From: Candidatus Omnitrophota bacterium | GTDB taxonomy: Bacteria > Omnitrophota > Omnitrophia > Omnitrophales > Aquincolibacteriaceae | NCBI GenBank assembly: GCA_043803685.1 | Contig: JAZDJU010000031.1 | Coordinates: forward strand, 85,301 to 149,300 | Reading direction: 5' to 3' | Length of the DNA: 64,000 bases | Shown: positions 57,185 to 64,000 of the stretch, one piece after another | How the letters are laid out: each line of letters starts with the position of its first letter | How positions within the stretch are numbered: the stretch's first letter is position 1 | Position numbers and translations under genes: made by a program | The notes under the pieces: model-generated | What the model saw: the letters and a program-made list of their open reading frames with translations, nothing else | The model's database searches: none | Told to the model about the DNA's origin: nothing

Positions 57185-59218
57185 TTATAGCTTTTCGATC
57201 AGTTCCTTGCCGTCCCAAATGATCCTGATCTTCAAGGGCCGGACCTCATCCGCGGGGGTGACAGAACCCCAGGCGACAGCGATCTCTTCCATTTGCACTT
57301 CGGGAGAGAATCTCTGCGATCTTCCAAGTACGAGTTGTTGGGCTTTCAAGTCGAATGCCACGCGCGCCATGACGTAATAGGCGTCGTTCGTAGGAACTGA
57401 AAGTAAAATGACCGGGCGGCCGACCTTCTCCGCGATAGAAATAACCCGGGTAAAAACTTCCTCTTCCTGCGGATAAGGTTTTTCGAGATCTCCCTCCAAT
57501 TGAAATCCCTTAGCGACTTTTGAAGTCAGGGCGATCACATCGGTCGTGTCAGGATCGACCTCGGCCAGAACGCGCTCCAGATGGATCAGATTGCGCGGCG
57601 ATCTTACGGCCACGACGATCCGGTCCGCCTTCGTACAATGGCACGCCTCGGGAGTGAGAAATTCCATTTCGTTCAGATTCACATGATCGATATGCTGGTG
57701 CGAACCGTCGGCATTTTTTTTATCATGAAGCTCGGGGTGAGCGCGCTGATTGATCTTTTCAGAGACCAGAAAGATGATGAAGAACGCCAATGTGAAAAGG
57801 GACCCTGAAATAGTGGCCACTCTTTTGGTGAGGAGGTTAAGGCAGGCCGTCGCGAAAAGAACGAGGAAGATCGCCACGAGCCCCATAGGGACCTCAAACC
57901 CGAAAAGCCGGATATTCCCGGGGACTCTCCATTCACGAGGAGTTTTATCTTTATATCGCAGCATCAGAACCGCCAGGGATTTAAAAACAAAACTCCAGAT
58001 GACGCCGAAGGCGTAAGCTTCGCCCAGCACATAGACATTGCCGCGACAAATCAATATTGTAAAGATCTGCAGCGCGACGATCAGGTTGATCATCCGGTGG
58101 GAGGTACCGAAACGCGGATGCGGGCGGCGGAGCATTTCAGGAAGGATGCCATCCTCCCCCAACCGGTTCAAAACACCGTTGGAGCCGACAATCGCGGTGT
58201 TCACGGCGCCTGAAAGGATCAAAGCGCCGACAAATACTACAAAGGCCTGGAACAATATCTTCACAGGCGCCGGGCCGACAAGGAACATCGTCAGACCTCC
58301 GATCAAATTATCCGAATACTGCGAAGTCCTGACAGCGTCCGGAATGATCATGACCGCAAAGAAGCTGACCAACGAAGTAAGCAGCATGCTGTAGAGAAAG
58401 ATGATGAATCCGGCTTTTTCAAGGTTTTTGAGCTTAGGCGCCTCCATCTCACGGTAGACCTGCGCGAGCGATTCCTCTCCACTCATCGCGAGAAGCGAAT
58501 GGCCGAACGCGATCGTGATACCGATCATGCCCAGAGGAGCGATCTTTCCACTGAACCCATGAAGCCACCCCAGGGACTCCTGACTAAAAACAGGCGCGAA
58601 AGGCGGAAGATGAAAACCTCTGATCGCCAGGGTCAGGATACTCCAGGCGATCATGATCACCGCCATGACGGTCGTAACCGCCATGATCTTCAAAGCTTTT
58701 CCGCTGGATTCCGGAACCCCTTTAATGTTCTGCCACCAGAAATAAAGAGTGACGGCGATCGCGAAACAGATCGAAAAGATCCCTGGAGGGATATGAAGCG
58801 GGATCTCGAAATGCGGCATGAGCGTGTTCAAAAGCCCTGCCAGATATTGGCCGGCGCAAACAGCGCTGATCGGTCCGGTGAGCACATAGTCAAAGATCAA
58901 AGCGGAAACCGAAAGCTTGGCGAGGGTGCCGCCCATCGCTTCTTTGACGACCCGGTAAACGCCGCCGCGGACGAACATGCTGCACGACTCGATATATACG
59001 GCACGTACCGTATAGGAAAAAAGCATCACCCCCAGAACGAACCAGGGCGCGGCTTTCCCGATAGCCTGTTCCGCGATCCCACCGATGTAATAGGCTGTGG
59101 AAGCCAGATCGCAGAGCACGATCGCTGAAGCACGCCAAAAACTGATGAAGCTGAGCATGGCGGTCGTGACAAGGATGACGTTCCGGGCCGTTTTCTTCTG
59201 TTCGGGGATATTAGGCAT
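57185..59218 (-). CDS. APC-superfamily transporter with C-terminal USP-like domain (possibly KimA-like K+ transporter)
   Basis: About 12 TMs; DLASTAYY, GGVY, DYVLT and SGEES motifs; soluble C-terminal domain. Confidence 0.75.
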   Translation of the reverse strand: MPNIPEQKKTARNVILVTTAMLSFISFWRASAIVLCDLASTAYYIGGIAEQAIGKAAPWFVLGVMLFSYTVRAVYIESCSMFVRGGVYRVVKEAMGGTLAKLSVSALIFDYVLTGPISAVCAGQYLAGLLNTLMPHFEIPLHIPPGIFSICFAIAVTLYFWWQNIKGVPESSGKALKIMAVTTVMAVIMIAWSILTLAIRGFHLPPFAPVFSQESLGWLHGFSGKIAPLGMIGITIAFGHSLLAMSGEESLAQVYREMEAPKLKNLEKAGFIIFLYSMLLTSLVSFFAVMIIPDAVRTSQYSDNLIGGLTMFLVGPAPVKILFQAFVVFVGALILSGAVNTAIVGSNGVLNRLGEDGILPEMLRRPHPRFGTSHRMINLIVALQIFTILICRGNVYVLGEAYAFGVIWSFVFKSLAVLMLRYKDKTPREWRVPGNIRLFGFEVPMGLVAIFLVLFATACLNLLTKRVATISGSLFTLAFFIIFLVSEKINQRAHPELHDKKNADGSHQHIDHVNLNEMEFLTPEACHCTKADRIVVAVRSPRNLIHLERVLAEVDPDTTDVIALTSKVAKGFQLEGDLEKPYPQEEEVFTRVISIAEKVGRPVILLSVPTNDAYYVMARVAFDLKAQQLVLGRSQRFSPEVQMEEIAVAWGSVTPADEVRPLKIRIIWDGKELIEKL

Positions 59219-59301
59219 GAACAGAAATTTACCACGCAAGAGGGACCCAGGAGAGTCAAAAAGGCGTCAAAAATCGACACCTCGGGGTACGGGGAACAGT
59301 A

Positions 59302-60003
59302 CTAGTCTTCGGAGTACAAACGATATCCAACGCCAGGCTCTGTAAGGACATAAGTGGGCTGGTCGGGATCGGGTTCGATCTTGTTGCGCAGATTGCTGAT
59401 CGTGACACGGAGAAGATGAGAAGCGCCTTCCAGCTCTTCCGTTTTATTCCAGACCTCCGCGAGAAGTTGCTTCTGGGTCACCACTTTTCCGGAGTTCATG
59501 ATAAGAACTTTCAAAACTTCGTATTCGGTCGGTGAAAGCTGCAGGGACTTCCCTTTCGACTCGATCTGATGTTGGGCGATATCCACCGAAAGATCACCAG
59601 CTTTAAAAACGGTCGCTCCCGTCTGCGGCACAAGCCTTCGCATGACGGCCCGCAAGCGGGCCAGGAGTTCCCCCGCGCTAAAGGGCTTGGTAAGATAATC
59701 ATCCGCGCCCGCATCGAGCGCCTGGATCTTGTCGGTCTCCTGATCCTTGACGGATAAAATAATGATCGGGGTTTTAGCCCTTTTCCGGATCTCGCGCGTC
59801 ACTTCAAGCCCGTCCATATCGGGTAATCCCAGATCGAGAATGATCACATCCGGATGAAAAGAAACGGCCTCTTCCAGGGCCTCTGAACCATGAGAGGCTT
59901 CCTGGACACTATACCCCTGAGAAACGAGGGCTACTTTAACAAAACGCCTGATCGTTCTTTCGTCGTCGACAATGAGAGCGCGGAGATGATCGTTTTTGCT
60001 CAT
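59302..60003 (-). CDS. kdpE: KdpE-like response regulator
   Basis: VDDE, LDLGLPD, KPF, winged helix, 'LTEPGVGYR'. Confidence 0.85.
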   Translation of the reverse strand: MSKNDHLRALIVDDERTIRRFVKVALVSQGYSVQEASHGSEALEEAVSFHPDVIILDLGLPDMDGLEVTREIRKRAKTPIIILSVKDQETDKIQALDAGADDYLTKPFSAGELLARLRAVMRRLVPQTGATVFKAGDLSVDIAQHQIESKGKSLQLSPTEYEVLKVLIMNSGKVVTQKQLLAEVWNKTEELEGASHLLRVTISNLRNKIEPDPDQPTYVLTEPGVGYRLYSED

Positions 60004-61064
60004 GGTGATCCTAAGGCTAACGGCAAAAGGACCGTGAATACCGCCCCTTTTTTTCCCGGACGGTTTTCAGCCCCTATCTGGCCATGGTGCGCCTCCACGA
60101 TCCCCCTGCAAATGGAAAGGCCCAGCCCTAATCCGCTCACCTGTTTAGGTTTTGAGACCCGGTAAAACTTGTCGAAAATACGTTTGACGTCTTCGGCCAG
60201 GATCCCGGAGCCTTCATCCTCGATCTCGATCTTGACTTGCCAGCCATTCATTTTCGCACGAATACGAACCGGAGCGCCGTCGTCGGAATACTTGAGAGCG
60301 TTGTCGATCAAATTGACGAGCACCTTGACGATCCATGGGAAATCTACCGCTATTTCCGGAAGATCTCGAGGGATCTGGATATCGAGCTTCCGGTTGCCGA
60401 GTTTGGGCTTCAGTTCCTGCAGAGAGACCCCCAGGATATCCCGAAGCTCGCAGGGTTTGGGCGAGATCTTTAACGCTCCCGCTTCCATTCGAGCCATATC
60501 GAGAAGATTCCCGACGATCCTGTTAAGCCGGTTCGATTCTCCGTAAGCGTCCTGAAGAAGTTCCCTCACGGTCTCTTCCCCCAGAGAAGGAGCGTCCTGA
60601 AGAAGCATGCTCACGGAACCTATGATGGAAGAAAGCGGTGTGCGAAGATCGTGCGAGATCGAGTTCAAAAGAGCCGTCTGGAGTTTCTCGGTCGCGCGCA
60701 GAAGCTCAAGCTGCCTTGTTTTCTCAGACTGTTCACGCGACCGGGACATCAACTCGCTCACCACTACACCCACGGTAAGAAGCCCTACGAATGTAAAAAG
60801 ATATTGGATCTGGGAAACGGCGAAGGTCAGATAAGGCGGCACCAGAAAAAAGTCAAAGGCAAGAACCCCCAGCACGGAGGTCGCGATAGCCGGTCCGCGG
60901 CCCCATCGCATGGCAACCACCATCACGATCAGTAAATACAGCATGACAAGGTTCGTCGGCTCAAGATATCTTTTGATGATCTCGCCGAGCATTGTCACAG
61001 CCGCAACCAGGACAAGGCTAAAAAAATAGGGGCGGAGTTTGGGACGTTCCATGACAGGCATCAT
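60000..61064 (-). CDS. kdpD: short KdpD-like histidine kinase (DUF4118 + HisKA + HATPase)
   Basis: FDFFLVPPYLTF, SISHDLRTPL, NLIDNALKY, GLGLGL. Start uncertain. Confidence 0.8.
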   Translation of the reverse strand: MMPVMERPKLRPYFFSLVLVAAVTMLGEIIKRYLEPTNLVMLYLLIVMVVAMRWGRGPAIATSVLGVLAFDFFLVPPYLTFAVSQIQYLFTFVGLLTVGVVVSELMSRSREQSEKTRQLELLRATEKLQTALLNSISHDLRTPLSSIIGSVSMLLQDAPSLGEETVRELLQDAYGESNRLNRIVGNLLDMARMEAGALKISPKPCELRDILGVSLQELKPKLGNRKLDIQIPRDLPEIAVDFPWIVKVLVNLIDNALKYSDDGAPVRIRAKMNGWQVKIEIEDEGSGILAEDVKRIFDKFYRVSKPKQVSGLGLGLSICRGIVEAHHGQIGAENRPGKKGAVFTVLLPLALGSP

Positions 61065-61200
61065 AGCAAAAAACGAGGCCCCTTTTAACGGGATTTTCAT
61101 TTTATTAAATACGGGACGGTGGCCAGTCAATGAAGTTGTTAGCTATCGGTTATTAGCTATTGTCTATAGTCCAGGGTCTTCAGGCTGTCGCTGCAGTCTG

Positions 61201-61536
61201 TCAGATGTTCTTCAAGAACCGCTTGACGTCGTCATGATTGCCGGCAAGGACGAATTCGACGAGGTCCCCTTGCCAGCGGAAAAGTATCCGGGCCTTGATC
61301 CCCTTCCTCACTTCCCAGAAATCGGATCTCAGTCGCTTGAGCCCAAGGCCTTGATAAAGTTGCCGGTCCTGCGAAAGCACGTCGATCAGTTTCGCGGCCG
61401 CGTCCTTAACATCCTCTTTTTCCTGCGAAGAGAAGCTCTCCAAGAGCTGCCGAGCGTGCTGAAATCACATACTTTCAGCGGAGAGAGGAAGGGCTTTCAG
61501 GGAACGTTCGAAAGACGGTTTGAACTCGAACCTCAT
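61201..61536 (-). pseudogene. RelE/ParE-like toxin interrupted by a 57-nt in-frame hairpin insert containing TGA
   Basis: ATGA-coupled to the antitoxin; reads MRFEFKPSFERSLKALP[LSAESM*FQHARQLLESFS]SQEKEDV...GNHDDVKRFL. Confidence 0.7.
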
Positions 61537-61796
61537 AGAGAGGCTAGGCGTTTTTTTGCAGCTTCTCCGGTCGCGTAGACCGCTCCCTTTTCGCACACCA
61601 TCTTTTCAATCTTTTCCCATTCTTTGGAAGTGTAGGGCGACTGCGCGGTCACCTCACAGGGCAGGAGCATGATCCCGTTCTTCGTCACGCTGAAGGCCAC
61701 AGAGGTCCCCTGCTGCAAACCGAGGATCTTGCGGACACTGAGCGGGATCGTCACTTGTCCTTTGGAGGTCATTTTCGTCGTTTCAATGATCGTCAT
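61533..61796 (-). CDS. AbrB/MazE-type antitoxin
   Basis: KMTSKGQVTIPLSVRKILGL swapped-hairpin motif. Confidence 0.88.
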   Translation of the reverse strand: MTIIETTKMTSKGQVTIPLSVRKILGLQQGTSVAFSVTKNGIMLLPCEVTAQSPYTSKEWEKIEKMVCEKGAVYATGEAAKKRLASL

Positions 61797-62248
61797 CGTG
61801 ATCAGTTCCTTATCTTAGCGCGTTAGCACTCTTTTAAAATTGAATTCAGAGGTAAAACAGTACTGCGCCTAAAACAGATCGAAATTGCGGGCACAACAAT
61901 TTCGATCCTGAAGCGGCGCTAGGTATTACTTCCTTACTTCCTGATAATAGGATAACGTCAGGAAGCGCCGAAGTCAAGCCGCTCTCCCTGCTGTCGGTCG
62001 TCGATGCAGGACACGGCTATCTTTGGAGAGTGCCTGCATCGTACTTGCGCGCTGGCGCAAGTGCTGCAGTCTATTTCGTGGAACGGCGGGAAGATCTTTT
62101 GACTTTGCGATCCTGCGTTCCAGGATCAGCGATCGCAAGCCCTTTCCCCTCAAGCACACAACCTTTGGCCAGCGGCTTGCATGGCTTATGGCGCTTCCCG
62201 CAAAACCCCTGCTCTTCATGAGGACATACCCAACCGGTCATTTGTCTT

Positions 62249-62977
62249 TTACCTTTTGAGATACCGTTGGCGTTTCGGCTCGGGGAACCGTTCGATCGCG
62301 TAACGCAACATGGTGCGCGGCATTTTTTGATGATGTTTTTTGAGAAAAGACTCCAGGAGCGGCTCATCCCGCTTCCCGACCTCCCGAAGCGCCCACCCCA
62401 CCGCCTTATGAATGAGATCCTCTTTGTCCTTCAAAAGCATGCGGGCGATCTTGAGAGTCTCCTTGAGATCACGGTCACGGATGTAGCGAAACGTCGCGAG
62501 GACCGCCATCCGTCTCTTCCAAAGACTGCCTGAGCGGGCGAGCGAATACAACGGGGTTTGCTCCTTGCCTCTCAGGAAACCTCCGAGAATGTGGTGCGCG
62601 GATAGATCGATCAGGTCCCAGTTATTAATAAAGGAATGATTTTTCAGATAGATCCGGTAGATCTGGCCCCGGCCCTTTTCATCCGCTGACTGGAATTGGG
62701 AAACAAGGATCAGGAGAGCGACCAGTCTTTCCTCGTGAACGCGCGATCGCAGAAGCTTGACCACTTCCCCCAGAGCCAGATCCCCGAACTCTTTTGCGAC
62801 TATGCGGGAGCAAGGGACCCTGACGCCGATAAAGACATCTCCCTCGCCGTATTCCCCCGGTCCCGTTTTGAAGAACCGCCGCAGCAGCGCAGCCTGTTCT
62901 CGGTCCGCGTACTGCCGCAACCTTTTCCTGATGGCCATCACAGTCATCGGATCACTTGCCCTTCGTTCCTTGTTCAT
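62249..62977 (-). CDS. DNA alkylation repair protein (AlkD-like)
   Basis: FFKTGPGEYGEGD, INNWDLID, DLIHKAVGWALRE, PRTMLRYAIE. Confidence 0.88.
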   Translation of the reverse strand: MNKERRASDPMTVMAIRKRLRQYADREQAALLRRFFKTGPGEYGEGDVFIGVRVPCSRIVAKEFGDLALGEVVKLLRSRVHEERLVALLILVSQFQSADEKGRGQIYRIYLKNHSFINNWDLIDLSAHHILGGFLRGKEQTPLYSLARSGSLWKRRMAVLATFRYIRDRDLKETLKIARMLLKDKEDLIHKAVGWALREVGKRDEPLLESFLKKHHQKMPRTMLRYAIERFPEPKRQRYLKR

Positions 62978-63106
62978 TCATTATCCATAAAGTGACGGGA
63001 CGGCGTCCCATTGGCGCGGAATTCCCGTGGAGATAAGTGATGTGCCTGCTCGGCCGCATCCCAGGCGGTGGCCTGCCCTGCGCAGAGGAGGGGCCCCGAA
63101 ATTACG

Positions 63107-63166
63107 AGAAATTATATTTGCGAGCCACGTGCCACGATCCACGTCTTGTCCCAGCCCCTGGCTCGC
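63107..63166. repeat. ~60-bp dispersed repeat (partner at 40199..40257)
   Basis: See 40199; closed by GCGAGCCA/TGGCTCGC. Confidence 0.65.
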
Positions 63167-63180
63167 GGACGGCGTCCGCG

Positions 63181-63522
63181 TTACGCGAAGGCGGTTTTGA
63201 GCCAAACGTGCGTCGCGGCCGCTTTTTCTTCCCGGCGTCTCGGGTGGATCACGATCTCCACATCCTTATCAAGCGCGTTCAGGATCTCGAACAAATAGTC
63301 CAAAGAGAATGCGCTGAGTTTTCCGTTCACAAGACAGGAAACCTTGGATTGGGGGATCCCAAGAAGTTTGGCCGCCTGTTTTTGCGTCAGGCCACGCTCC
63401 CGGAGGATCTCCGCGATACGGGACATCACCTGCGCGCGGATCTGGACACGCTCCGGATACTCCGCTCCGATATCCGCGAAAACATTCCCGCCCCCTCGCT
63501 GAATTTTTTCTTTTCCGCTCAT
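63181..63522 (-). CDS. XRE/HTH_37 antitoxin (HigA-like)
   Basis: GNVFADIG, GLTQKQAAKLLGIPQSKVS, FSLDYL. Confidence 0.88.
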   Translation of the reverse strand: MSGKEKIQRGGGNVFADIGAEYPERVQIRAQVMSRIAEILRERGLTQKQAAKLLGIPQSKVSCLVNGKLSAFSLDYLFEILNALDKDVEIVIHPRRREEKAAATHVWLKTAFA

Positions 63523-63587
63523 CCCCCGCCGCCTTCCCCGTAATAGATCCTGTAGTCCTCTTCCGCCGCTTGGAGCCTTCTAGTAAT
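63519..63587 (-). pseudogene. 3' remnant of a Gp49/HigB-like toxin
   Basis: ITRRLQAAEEDY...* is ATGA-coupled to the antitoxin; the remainder of the gene is missing. Confidence 0.55.
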
Positions 63588-63605
63588 ATACCATATTTGG
63601 TATAT
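63586..63605. promoter_or_regulatory. operator-like palindrome
   Basis: ATATACCA-tatt-TGGTATAT. Confidence 0.55.
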
Positions 63606-63738
63606 CTGCATACGCTTTAAAAGAAATTGCGGAACGGAAAGAACCTGTACGCTTGAAGCGTAGCGGCAAGGAGAAGGACGGCGTCTCATGGAGCGACGAC
63701 AGAAACATTACGATGGCGTCCGGTTTACTGGTGCTGTT

Positions 63739-63990
63739 CTACTGATATCTTGCGACGTAACGGTCGAGGACTTCGCGGATCATCCGCTGATATTTGGTGT
63801 GAAACTCCTTAGCCTTCCCCCTGAAAAAGTCCACGCTCGCTTTCCTAAGAACGATCGTCACTTTTTCCGTCTCTTCTCCGGAAAATACCAGCTCTTCCGG
63901 CGGAGGCAGAAAATCGGCGATCCGGGTCAGTTTGCCGGAAGGAAAATCCGGGTCCGACGGATCGTCGTCTTTATAAATATCCGCGTTCAA
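63739..63990 (-). CDS. BrnA/CopG-like antitoxin (5' end may lie outside the window)
   Basis: DFLPPPEEL, KVTI.L...SVDFF, YQRMIREVLD.Y. Confidence 0.8.
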   Translation of the reverse strand: MNADIYKDDDPSDPDFPSGKLTRIADFLPPPEELVFSGEETEKVTIVLRKASVDFFRGKAKEFHTKYQRMIREVLDRYVARYQ

Positions 63991-64000
63991 TTTATTTTTT

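Noticed and set aside
61429-61485. Hammerhead ribozyme or selenocysteine recoding at the in-frame TGA
   Set aside because: The core is CUGCCGA rather than CUGANGA and stem III does not form; the position is not a redox-Cys site and there is no convincing SECIS.

Overview
A bacterial chromosomal window of moderately high GC. The gene content suggests Omnitrophota/PVC (a TIGR04073-like protein, a giant secreted repeat protein, many short palindromic repeats), but this assignment is inference only. The housekeeping backbone is uvrB, nadC, valS, cimA, hom-thrC-apgM-lysC, msbA, gnnA-like, lpxB, carAB, gltBD and kdpDE plus an APC transporter. Accessory regions interrupt it: (1) 1-4.7 kb, with a RelBE pair, a tRNA-Met-like att remnant, a partly inverted SGNH pseudogene and an istB relic; (2) 6.5-14.3 kb, a tightly coupled seven-gene tailoring operon (2 sulfotransferases, an amidinotransferase, 2 B12 radical SAM enzymes, 2 methyltransferases) with no scaffold synthase; (3) a 2461-aa secreted Ig-repeat/GH144-like protein; (4) 40.2-46.3 kb, a cassette-like island punctuated by same-orientation repeats, holding a candidate ~305-nt structured RNA and a HEPN-like gene; (5) 61-64 kb, TA modules whose toxins are disabled. 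The most notable observations are the candidate ncRNA/attenuator, the orphan tailoring operon, three repeat families inserted in-frame in valS, and an apparently catalytically dead ApgM in the threonine operon. All calls come from reading motifs by eye; no searches or folding programs were run.
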